Shown here: piece after piece, positions 10,632 through 19,139 of the stretch
How positions within the stretch are numbered: position 1 is the first letter of the stretch
Layout of the letters: each line of letters starts with the position of its first letter
Origin: Thermodesulfobacteriota bacterium
Lineage (GTDB): Bacteria; Desulfobacterota_D; UBA1144; Nemesobacterales; UBA2774
Direction: 5' to 3'
Length of the DNA: 64,000 nucleotides
NCBI GenBank assembly: GCA_965223335.1
Contig: OZ244991.1
Span: 320,001 to 384,000 of the forward strand
The notes under the pieces: model-generated
Told to the model about the DNA's origin: nothing
The model's database searches: none
What the model saw: only the letters and a program-made list of their open reading frames with translations
Position numbers and translations under genes: made by a program

Positions 10632-10745
10632 TTCTCTTAATTCCAGTAAAAATGTTTTGTATTTAGGGCATTAAACCTTCTCAGCAACGCCGAGAATGAT
10701 GTGATTTAATGCCCGTGTAGTCAATTTACTGGTTAGCTAAGAGAA
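10632..10745. repeat. Nested inverted repeats (long imperfect hairpin) inside the operon
   Basis: TTCTCTTA/TAAGAGAA, CCAGTAAA/TTTACTGG, GGGCATTAAA/TTTAATGCCC, TTCTC/GAGAA, all concentric. Confidence 0.75.
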
Positions 10746-10780
10746 ACAACAAAAAAACTATAGCTAACACATCATAGGCA

Positions 10781-11176
10781 CTAAATAGTTTCGCTTGTGG
10801 CTATAGCCTTAGCCTTAGCCAATACCATACCTACGTTTGCATCTGCACTACATACAACACACATCACAGCTCTATCATTAGAATCCAAACGAGAAAAGTA
10901 ATGCAATAGATGCTGTGAAAACACTATTATTTGATTGAAATAGTGTTCGTTTCCTTTCACACCTCTTGCCTTCTTGAAAATGTTCTCGATACTCACAACA
11001 TTCTCGCCCTCATAGAGGTCCTTTGTGGCTGGTGCAAGAAGATCAACTACCTCTTGCGGGTGGCTGTCTACAGTCTTGATACCAAAAAGAATTCCAGTAT
11101 CCAAATCGACTACACCTGCAGCTACAGCCTTAGGTACGTCTTTCATACAGCTCTCAATGATCGTATCTACACTCAT
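10781..11176 (-). CDS. Standalone Roadblock/LC7 (MglB-like) domain protein
   Basis: Start moved to the ATG at 11176 (SD AAGGAGGT); MSVDTIIESCMKDVPKAVAAGVVDLDTGIL...ANVGMVLAKAK fits the roadblock helix/strand pattern. Confidence 0.78.
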   Translation of the reverse strand: MSVDTIIESCMKDVPKAVAAGVVDLDTGILFGIKTVDSHPQEVVDLLAPATKDLYEGENVVSIENIFKKARGVKGNEHYFNQIIVFSQHLLHYFSRLDSNDRAVMCVVCSADANVGMVLAKAKAIATSETI

Positions 11177-11217
11177 AGATAGATACCTCCTTAAAATTTT
11201 ATTCAACATTATATCAA

Positions 11218-11232
11218 GCAACATCCATGCCA
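11218..11232 (-). promoter_or_regulatory. Sigma-54 (-24/-12) promoter of the roadblock/GTPase operon
   Basis: Minus strand TGGCATGGATGTTGC = TGGCAY-N5-TTGC, about 41 nt before the ATG at 11176. Confidence 0.8.
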
Positions 11233-11325
11233 TCACTTGACTGTATGTAACCAATTATAATCATTGAATATAATCAATATGAGAAACTACAAAACAACAA
11301 GTTGTGAACCAATTTGGTAATGCTC

Positions 11326-11354
11326 AACGACAAAAATTGTCATACGATAAGACA
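11326..11354. promoter_or_regulatory. Putative upstream activator sequence, copy 2
   Basis: AACGACAAAAATTGTCATACGATAAGACA; TGTC-N9-GACA; 24/29 identical to 7396-7424. Confidence 0.65.
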
Positions 11355-11598
11355 TGACAATGAAGTATGTGAAAGTTTTAATATTGGTGAACTGCAGCAC
11401 TTGACGCAACACCTCAACATCATTGATTAATACTTGATATAGAGTGATAGAATTATGTCTTACAAGAAAGTGTCAGAATTTGCAACATGTAAGACGCGCC
11501 CGTAACTTTACCTCAGCACAACCTCAACCTAGAGCAAATTTCTTTTTTCAATGATATAATATATGCGTATTCTATTAATAGCATAGGAGATGCTTAGA

Positions 11599-12069
11599 AT
11601 GTCTAACCTAAATAAAATACTTTCGGACCATTTCTGTTTCAAAGGGCTTCATGATGCAGATCTACAAAACATAATCTCCAGAGCCTCGGAAGTACGGTTT
11701 TCGGAAGGTGATTTCATATTCAGCGAAGACGATGTCGCCGACCGATTCTATATTATATTAGAGGGCAGAGTAGCCCTTGAGACCAAGCTAGCACCCGATA
11801 GAGACCCCATTACAATTCAAACACTAGGCGCAAACGATGTACTGGGTTGGGCATGGCTCTTTCCGCCACATACGGCACACTTCGATGCAAGAGCGCTCGA
11901 CGATACCCGTGCAATCTCACTCGATGGCGATTACATCCGCAATATGTGCGAGGAAAATCATGACCTCGGCTATGAGCTCTTTAAGCGCTTCACGAAGGTG
12001 ATGCAGCAAAGGCTCCATGCTGTTAAGCTTCAAAATCCCGATATGTATGTAGTGAAATCTAAACCATAG
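11599..12069 (+). CDS. Cyclic-nucleotide-binding (cNMP/Crp-like) domain protein without HTH
   Basis: FSEGDFIFSEDDVADRFYIILEGRV, DVLGWAWLFPP, FDARA; the ATG at 11599 fits SD AGGAG better than 11590. Confidence 0.88.
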   Translation: MSNLNKILSDHFCFKGLHDADLQNIISRASEVRFSEGDFIFSEDDVADRFYIILEGRVALETKLAPDRDPITIQTLGANDVLGWAWLFPPHTAHFDARALDDTRAISLDGDYIRNMCEENHDLGYELFKRFTKVMQQRLHAVKLQNPDMYVVKSKP

Positions 12070-12145
12070 ACTACACATACCGCCAATACCTGACGCCATC
12101 TGGTTAAGAGATACTATCCATATCAAATGGTGCAAGGGGTAATAC

Positions 12146-12565
12146 CTATGATATATGTGCGCTTACCTCATTCTTAATCCTATTGTAGACGGCACTAAGC
12201 CCATAAATGCGCCTTGTCCCCAGTTTTTGAGCCAACCCCAACTCATCTAAGAGCGTTTCGGGGGCCTCAAGTACATCTGTAGGGCTAGAGCCGCCAAACG
12301 CATCCACAAGCAAAGACACAAATCCCCTCACAGCGGGTGACTCCCTAGGCACTTGGGCATGTAGCTCCACCACTCCATCTGTGACATCCACCCACAGATA
12401 TACAGGTGTCTCACATTCCCGGACTCGCTTGGTCTCATCGGTTGGAAGGTCTTTTAATACGGGGGGTAGATCGGGAAGATTGTCCGAGTAGTCTAGCAAC
12501 ATAGCCATGGTCTCCTCGGGATCAGCATCCCGGAATATCTCTATGATATCGTCTAGTTTACTCAT
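12146..12565 (-). CDS. sufE: SufE-family sulfur acceptor
   Basis: RVRECETPVYLW, SPAVRGFVSLL, LGL...LGTRR..GL. Confidence 0.9.
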   Translation of the reverse strand: MSKLDDIIEIFRDADPEETMAMLLDYSDNLPDLPPVLKDLPTDETKRVRECETPVYLWVDVTDGVVELHAQVPRESPAVRGFVSLLVDAFGGSSPTDVLEAPETLLDELGLAQKLGTRRIYGLSAVYNRIKNEVSAHIS

Positions 12566-12782
12566 GAGCCTCTTTTTGAGCCCTGCACAATTTGTTCTCT
12601 AAGGGATTATAGTATTAATAGAGCTCAAAATAGCAATATGTTTGTTATTTCGCTAATAAATTCATATTTTTGGTATTTTAAAGCCTTAAACAGCAAATTA
12701 TGCCTTCTTTTGCTTACTATTTTATGTTATCATAGTAAGTAGTGTAGGTGGGATACGTACACTCCGTTTAACAATTTAGGGG

Positions 12783-13256
12783 GTGAGATTATCCATGTTG
12801 GAAGATCTAAAGGTAAGAGACCTTATAGGCATAAGAGACAGAATATTCTTTGTGGAAGCAGAGGATAATGCTGACGTAGCGGCATTAAAACTAAGGAACT
12901 TTAACGTAAGGACCATAGGTGTTATGCACGAAGGTCAAATTGTGGGTGTTGTGGGTCAATCGGATTTTTCCACAAAAATCGTATCCGTTGGAAAGAACCC
13001 CTTGGACGTAAAAGTAAAAGATATCATGAGTACTAAACTGCATACAGTCTCGTTGGATTCTTCGTTTATAGAGTGTCTGGACCTAATGGACTCGCATAAT
13101 ATATCTCACCTGTTTATATTAGATGAAGACGGTGATTATCACGGGATGTTGTCGTGGAGAGACCTACAGCAAAGACTAGTAAAGGAACTCAAATACCAAC
13201 TCAAGATGGCGCAGGAATATGCATTTGGGCCACACATAAACGAAATGAGCAGTTAG
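12783..13256 (+). CDS. Tandem CBS-domain protein
   Basis: IVGVVGQSDF, VKVKDIMS, LDLMDSHNISHLFI, GMLSWRDL. Confidence 0.88.
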   Translation: MRLSMLEDLKVRDLIGIRDRIFFVEAEDNADVAALKLRNFNVRTIGVMHEGQIVGVVGQSDFSTKIVSVGKNPLDVKVKDIMSTKLHTVSLDSSFIECLDLMDSHNISHLFILDEDGDYHGMLSWRDLQQRLVKELKYQLKMAQEYAFGPHINEMSS

Positions 13257-13280
13257 ACCTCGGTTAAAAGGGAACTCACA

Positions 13281-13493
13281 TTGACAGACACAGAATCAAC
13301 GGAATCAAAAGAAGCAAAACCCACCGAGAGCACCCAAGTTAAAAAAGGTTTAATGGAGCGGCGTCGGAGTTTCGCTCAATCGAGTGTACCAAATGCTCAT
13401 AGGGGTTATAGCAAGAAAACCCCTGTGATAATGCTTATAATCTATGCGGCTTTTTTCGTCATAAGCATTATTCTGGCAAAGCTCACAGCCTGA
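13281..13493 (+). CDS. Small hypothetical protein with C-terminal TM helix
   Basis: TTG start with GGGA upstream; single hydrophobic C-terminal segment. Confidence 0.55.
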   Translation: MTDTESTESKEAKPTESTQVKKGLMERRRSFAQSSVPNAHRGYSKKTPVIMLIIYAAFFVISIILAKLTA

Positions 13494-13547
13494 TTAATAA
13501 TTTCAGTAGTCCCCTGCCTAACTCACGAAGAAGTTGTACGCAAACTA

Positions 13548-14219
13548 CTAAAACTCTCTATCGAAAGAGGGTACTAGGATTAGGACATCTCTCGGCACAA
13601 CACAAGGCGATTCGTTTGTACACCTTCCGTCGAACTCACCTATTACTAAGCTATCTTTACCGAACTCAACCCCAATCTGGGGCATGCTTAGACAAGGGCC
13701 GTTAAAAAACTGAGTGTTCGAAACCACCTCATTATTATTGCAGGGATTTGTGACCACCCCTCCGCTCTCAAATATTTGAGAATTGTTTTTCTCGCATTCG
13801 TTAAGTCTGATATCGGTCATGTGGCCTCCGGGGTTTATACGCACACTGAGGTCCGCATACCTTGGAGTACACACAAACTCAAAAGGCGAGAGGTCATCGG
13901 TCTGGGGAATGGGGGGCTCTTTGCCCAAGTCCGTGGATAATGAAGCATCCACAACATCTATATCGTATAACTCTCCGTCCAAGATCATAGTACCCCCGCC
14001 ACTTACAGATCCGTCTTCACGCGAGGCAAGTATGTTGATTGCTAGCACTATATCCAGGTTCTCCCCGATCCCGTTTGCATTGAAATCAGGGAGGTTTGCG
14101 GGGCTACCACCGTCACTATCAGCATCACTACCGCCACCACCACAACCGTAAGTGTAGAGGCCGGGCCCGATTATAAAGCAGATTATCAACATAAACCTAG
14201 CGATAGTATCCCAACGCAT
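13548..14219 (-). CDS. Hypothetical exported protein / putative lipoprotein
   Basis: Hydrophobic N-term, then YGC-GGGGSD; several Cys in the mature part. Confidence 0.65.
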   Translation of the reverse strand: MRWDTIARFMLIICFIIGPGLYTYGCGGGGSDADSDGGSPANLPDFNANGIGENLDIVLAINILASREDGSVSGGGTMILDGELYDIDVVDASLSTDLGKEPPIPQTDDLSPFEFVCTPRYADLSVRINPGGHMTDIRLNECEKNNSQIFESGGVVTNPCNNNEVVSNTQFFNGPCLSMPQIGVEFGKDSLVIGEFDGRCTNESPCVVPRDVLILVPSFDREF

Positions 14220-14303
14220 CTCTCTAGAATATGTTACGCATATCGAGTCGGATTTCTATATAGTATGGGGAAAAGAGTCGCTATTATGACCTGCCGCTTA
14301 AAG

Positions 14304-16124
14304 TCATGCCTGCTCCGAGAGCTCGTCGACCAGTGCAATTAACTGTTGACCGGGCTGTGGTTTAATGTTCTTATCCGAAGAGATCACCACAAGTTCTCTG
14401 TCCTCTTTCACTATAAAGAGTGGGATCGCGCTGTCTTTATACAACGCGAGGAATGAGTCGTAATCGAACTCATCTGTAAGCAGTGTCTTTTTAAGCACGG
14501 CACCTTCATCAAAACGATTTTCCAAATAAGAGTATGTAGCCTCAGTGTTAAACAACAGCCGTCCCCTCAGGTGTTTGGGGATGCTCTCTTCGCTCGTGGT
14601 CTTAAATTTAGACTGCTTGGGCAGCTGATAAACCCCGGCTCTGCCGAATATATCCAAGAAGTGCAATGCCGAGAGCGAGTTGATTTCGTCGTTTGATGTG
14701 AGTGCCATGAGCCTTCCCACTCCGCTAAACTCTATCTCGTCCATTACCTCTTCCGAGAGCACATTACCGAAATATGCCCTAAGACCCATCTGTCGCGATG
14801 ACGACACATTTGACCAGTTTGAATCCAGCATAAGCACCTCACAACCGCTGTCCTGCAACATCTTGCCGATACCCCTGGCCCATGAGTGTGCACCGACTAT
14901 AAGTATCCCCTGGGGGTTGGGTGATGCCAATCCTAAGAGCTTGGCCACAGGGGCTGCTGTTAATCCATATAGCGCCACGGTGCCCGTAATAACCAGAAAC
15001 GTCATAGGCACTATAACCTGTGCATTAGCATAGTCTGCCTCCACAAGTCTAAGCGCAAACACAGACGACACCGCGGCTGCAACTATCCCACGAGGTGCCA
15101 TCCAAGATAAAAACAGCTTTTCTTTAAGCGCCGTCCCATTTCTAAGACTCGAAATAAACACAGACGCTGGTCTTACTATGAGCACCAGTATAAGGAGGAA
15201 AATAATGCTTTTTAGAGTGATTACCCCGTAGATATCCTCAAGGTTAAGCCCCGATGCGAGTATTATGAAAAGACTCGAGATAAGTAAAACCCTAAGGTTC
15301 TCTTTGAACTCTATTATGTGCTTTACGCTCACTACTTTTTGGTTGGCTAGTATGATACCCATCAATGTAACAGCCAATAACCCGCACTCCGTTTGGAAGT
15401 AATTAGATATGGTAAACACCGCTACAACCACCATTAGGGATACGGGGTTTTGTAAAAAATCAGGCACCCAATGGTATCTAAGCACAAGGATTAAGAGCTG
15501 TGCCCCGAGAAATCCTGTAGCCCCGCCTATGGCAATGGATTTGATAACAATAAAGATCGTATGCCTGGTCGCCTCCCCTAGACCCCCTGCCAAAATGGCC
15601 TCAAACACAAGTAGTGCCAGGATGGCCCCGATAGGATCAATTACAATCCCCTCCCACTTAATCACAGACCCCACCCTGCCACTGGGTCTAACGTGTCTAA
15701 GAAGTGGAATCACCACTGTGGGCCCAGTCACAACGAGTACAGCACCGAGTAGCGTTGATAGGCGGAGGTCTAATCCCAACACGAAATAGCTAGCAATTGT
15801 TGTAAAAACCCACGAGACCACCACCCCTATACTCACAAGGTTCCTGACAATTACCCCCACCTCTTTTAGTTCCGAGAATTTAAGACTTAGCCCGCCCTCA
15901 AACAATATTATCGCCACAGACACAGAAACTATCGGCAGCAGCAGATTACCGAAAAGATCAACAGGCTTTATCCATCCCATAAAAGGCCCCGCTATGAAGC
16001 CCCCTATAAGCAGCAGCAGTATTGCAGGCAGCCCAAGACGCCATGCCAACCACTGAGCCCCGATTCCAAGTCCTATAATAAGCGCTAGTCCTATTAGATA
16101 AGTCTCAGCCAACGATCCCTCCAA
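14304..16124 (-). CDS. CPA1 (NhaP-type) cation:proton antiporter with C-terminal TrkA-N/RCK domain
   Basis: IILFEGG, VTGPTVV, WEGIVIDPIG, MAPRGIVAAA; C-term ILIVGAH...LMLDSN. Confidence 0.92.
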   Translation of the reverse strand: MEGSLAETYLIGLALIIGLGIGAQWLAWRLGLPAILLLLIGGFIAGPFMGWIKPVDLFGNLLLPIVSVSVAIILFEGGLSLKFSELKEVGVIVRNLVSIGVVVSWVFTTIASYFVLGLDLRLSTLLGAVLVVTGPTVVIPLLRHVRPSGRVGSVIKWEGIVIDPIGAILALLVFEAILAGGLGEATRHTIFIVIKSIAIGGATGFLGAQLLILVLRYHWVPDFLQNPVSLMVVVAVFTISNYFQTECGLLAVTLMGIILANQKVVSVKHIIEFKENLRVLLISSLFIILASGLNLEDIYGVITLKSIIFLLILVLIVRPASVFISSLRNGTALKEKLFLSWMAPRGIVAAAVSSVFALRLVEADYANAQVIVPMTFLVITGTVALYGLTAAPVAKLLGLASPNPQGILIVGAHSWARGIGKMLQDSGCEVLMLDSNWSNVSSSRQMGLRAYFGNVLSEEVMDEIEFSGVGRLMALTSNDEINSLSALHFLDIFGRAGVYQLPKQSKFKTTSEESIPKHLRGRLLFNTEATYSYLENRFDEGAVLKKTLLTDEFDYDSFLALYKDSAIPLFIVKEDRELVVISSDKNIKPQPGQQLIALVDELSEQA

Positions 16125-16306
16125 ACACTCGGTTCGAGCTATTCACAAATACAATAGTAAATGATCTAAGATGTAAGGTGCGACCCAGAGGTTAACCTTA
16201 AACTCTTAATTTTATCGCATATACTATATAAGATTTGAGGTTTCTATACTAGAGAATATAATCTCTCGTTGAGATTAACAATAACCAAAAAGGCAAGGAT
16301 TGTCTC

Positions 16307-17623
16307 GTGACAGAGCAATATACTCACCACGTGGTTATAATCGGGGGCGGTTTCGGGGGCCTATATGCCGCAAAGAAACTGTCACACCCCTCAATCAAAG
16401 TAACTCTAATAGACAAACGCAATTTTCACCTGTTTCAACCACTTCTCTATCAAGTAGCAGCGGGGTGGCTCTCACCCGGTGACATCGCCTCACCCCTCAG
16501 ATCGGTCTTAAACGGCTACAAGAACATATATGTCATAAAGGCAGAGGCACGAGACATCTTGCCCCGTGAGAAAAAGATCATGCTACGCGACGGCGAGTTG
16601 AGTTACGACAGTCTAATCGTGGCCACAGGCTCTACACACCATTACTTCGGCAACGACCAGTGGTCCGCATACGCACCGGGATTAAAAACCGTGGAGGACG
16701 CCCTTACAATTCGCAGAAACATACTTCTCTCATTCGAAGCAGCCGAGAGAGAGCCCGACCCACTTAAACAGATGTCGTGGATGACTTTCATTATAGTGGG
16801 TGCCGGGCCCTCGGGAGTCGAGATGGCCGGCACTATAGGCGAGTTGGCAACCACCACGCTTAGGGGTGATTTTAGAAATATCAATACCACAAGCGCTCGC
16901 ATTATACTAATAGAGGGCCAAGACCGTGTGCTTCCCACATATCCCCCCGACCTATCCGACGAGGCGCTCAAATCACTCAACCACCTAGGCGTTGAGATCC
17001 GTCTAAACACTATGGTCACAAATATTTCCCAATATAGGATCACCGTTGTTGAGAGCGGGGTTGAGGACTATATATCCTCTCGCACCGTGCTATGGACTGC
17101 GGGGGTTAAAGCCTCTGGTATGGGGAGGGTACTGGGTAAGGCCACAGGCTCGGAACTGGACAGTGTGGGAAGGGTGGTGGTGTCCGAGAATCTCACGGTC
17201 CCGGGCGAGCCCGATATATTTGTGATCGGTGATCTGGCACACTCACCAGATAAAAACGGTAACCCATTGCCCGGGGTAGCACCCGTGGCTATGCAGCAGG
17301 GCCTATATGTCGCAGAGCTTATCAAAAAACGGTTAGAGGGTAAAGAATCAGAACCCTTTGTCTACAAAGACAAGGGCAGTCTGTCTGTGATCGGCAGGAA
17401 CAAGGCCGTGGCCGACTTAGGCGGATATCACCTATCCGGCTTTCTGGCATGGGTTATGTGGGTTTTTATTCACATTAGATATTTAATAGAATTCGACAAC
17501 CAGTTAATAGTTCTCTTTAGGTGGGGTTGGAACTACTTCACCAGGCGAAGAGGTGCAAGACTCATAACAGGGGACGATTTCTTCCCGCTCATAAACGATA
17601 AAAAACCCGATAAAAACCCATAA
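16307..17623 (+). CDS. ndh: Type II NADH:quinone oxidoreductase (NDH-2)
   Basis: GGGFGG, FQPLLYQVA, GAGPSGVEMAG, IFVIGD, PGVAPVAMQQG, YKDKG. Confidence 0.95.
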   Translation: MTEQYTHHVVIIGGGFGGLYAAKKLSHPSIKVTLIDKRNFHLFQPLLYQVAAGWLSPGDIASPLRSVLNGYKNIYVIKAEARDILPREKKIMLRDGELSYDSLIVATGSTHHYFGNDQWSAYAPGLKTVEDALTIRRNILLSFEAAEREPDPLKQMSWMTFIIVGAGPSGVEMAGTIGELATTTLRGDFRNINTTSARIILIEGQDRVLPTYPPDLSDEALKSLNHLGVEIRLNTMVTNISQYRITVVESGVEDYISSRTVLWTAGVKASGMGRVLGKATGSELDSVGRVVVSENLTVPGEPDIFVIGDLAHSPDKNGNPLPGVAPVAMQQGLYVAELIKKRLEGKESEPFVYKDKGSLSVIGRNKAVADLGGYHLSGFLAWVMWVFIHIRYLIEFDNQLIVLFRWGWNYFTRRRGARLITGDDFFPLINDKKPDKNP

Positions 17624-17700
17624 CTCACATAGCAGCCACCGATTAGTTTTAGATTCGAGACATATTCCATCTGTATTATTTATACAACAAATTTTATATC

Positions 17701-17772
17701 TTGCATTAAATACTTAAAGCATGATATAATGTTTTTCCGTGAGGGAGAAATGCATTAAATCACATTAATGCA
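17701..17772 (+). promoter_or_regulatory. Sigma-70-like promoter and palindrome upstream of the PilZ gene
   Basis: TTGCAT-N18-TATAAT with extended TG; TGCATTAA-N6-TTAATGCA abutting the SD; TGCATTAAAT repeated at 17702 and 17751. Confidence 0.55.
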
Positions 17773-17784
17773 AAGGAGAGTGGC

Positions 17785-18225
17785 ATGGCATCAATTTATA
17801 AACAGCAGTTACCTATCCAGGATAGCACTTATTCAGATGAGGATCATAACTCGGGAATTGATCATGATAACAATAGGTACTCTATACGAGTTGAGTTTGA
17901 GAAGAGGATAAAATTTGGTTTTCCCCGTGCCAATATATCGGGATTTACGTTCGACCTTTCCCTAAACGGGGTAGGAATCAACTCCTATAGATCACTCCCG
18001 CCGGGCTCAATTATACTGATGAACATATACACAGGCGACCAAACCCACAGCCTCGAGGGCGAAATCATGTGGGTCCAGAAGGTAAAGCCGGGGGCTTTTA
18101 TTCAAATGGGTGTAAAGTTCTTGAGCCGGACCGATAAAATCAGCCAAATCTATGAAAGAGAACTACTCATGACGCTCACCGATTTACACAATGAAGAGGA
18201 TGAGTTATACCCACAAGCATCATAG
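17785..18225 (+). CDS. PilZ-domain (c-di-GMP receptor) protein
   Basis: RYSIR (RxxxR) and DLSLNG (DxSxxG), GEIMW, MGVKF. Confidence 0.85.
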   Translation: MASIYKQQLPIQDSTYSDEDHNSGIDHDNNRYSIRVEFEKRIKFGFPRANISGFTFDLSLNGVGINSYRSLPPGSIILMNIYTGDQTHSLEGEIMWVQKVKPGAFIQMGVKFLSRTDKISQIYERELLMTLTDLHNEEDELYPQAS

Positions 18226-18340
18226 TTCCTAGCCAAGTCCACACACAGCTCTTACATACATTCCGAAGCCGACCGCACTGATCTTGAATGTTGACATAAT
18301 CATTTGATCTCGGTACTTTATATGTTGAGGGAGAATAGAA

Positions 18341-18586
18341 ATGTTTAATTTCGGTGCAACCGAGCTTATTATAATCTTGATTATAGTGCTTTTGATTTTT
18401 GGCCCGAGCCGGCTAGGCGACATAGGCTCTTCACTCGGTAAGGGGATCAAAGGTTTTAGGAAATCCATAAAAGATGATGAGATAGATGTAACCCCCGAGA
18501 AACAGGATACAAAGAAAGTAGAAAACAACGAATTCAGCTCACCCAGAAACTCTCTAGACAAAGAAGAATCCAAACATAGCCAATAA
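18341..18586 (+). CDS. tatA: Twin-arginine translocase TatA
   Basis: ELIIILIIVLLIFGPSRL..IG.SLGKGIKGFRK. Confidence 0.93.
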   Translation: MFNFGATELIIILIIVLLIFGPSRLGDIGSSLGKGIKGFRKSIKDDEIDVTPEKQDTKKVENNEFSSPRNSLDKEESKHSQ

Positions 18587-18697
18587 CCAACTGCTAAAGC
18601 TTTTGAGTCCATCTACATTCGAGTAGTATAGATTTATATATTGTCCGAGAAAAATTATATTTGCTGCTCTATCACACGCTGTTTGCAAAAGGACTAG

Positions 18698-19138
18698 ATG
18701 GATAGTAAATCCATAGATTACCTGCTCAACTCAATAATTGCGGTTTGCGCCTTAATTATAGTTATGACCGCCATGTTGGGGCTTTTTAACCCAGTTACCA
18801 TTCTTCTTTTGGTACTCGGAATATACTTGCTCTTATGGTCTGCGTGGACCATGACTTACGGCAAATTCAGAATTTCAGAGGATATCTCACGAAAAACAAG
18901 GCTCATGGCAAAGGGCCCCTATAGATACATACGTAACCCTATCTATTCGAGCCTAATACTAATTACGCTATCGCTCATACTCACAGATCTGAATACACTG
19001 AGGGTTGTGGTGTGGTTAATAATGGTGGGTGTAACTATGCTAAGTATAGACAGAACCGAAAAAAGGCTAGCCAAGGAGCTCTCGGACTACTCTCTTTATA
19101 AACAAAGAACCAAACGCATTATCCCTTATATATACTAA
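18698..19138 (+). CDS. Isoprenylcysteine/phospholipid methyltransferase (ICMT/PEMT) family membrane protein
   Basis: LMAKGPYRYIRNPIYS, EKRL....SDYSLYKQRTKRIIP. Confidence 0.85.
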   Translation: MDSKSIDYLLNSIIAVCALIIVMTAMLGLFNPVTILLLVLGIYLLLWSAWTMTYGKFRISEDISRKTRLMAKGPYRYIRNPIYSSLILITLSLILTDLNTLRVVVWLIMVGVTMLSIDRTEKRLAKELSDYSLYKQRTKRIIPYIY

Positions 19139-19139
19139 A

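Noticed and set aside
10699..10712. 14-mer GCATTAAATCACAT shared (opposite strand) with 17752-17765
   Set aside because: An AT-rich 14-mer match is expected by chance in 64 kb; no further flanking similarity
11177..11254. N-terminal extension of the roadblock ORF given in the track (start 11254)
   Set aside because: Overlaps the sigma-54 promoter; a strong SD supports the ATG at 11176
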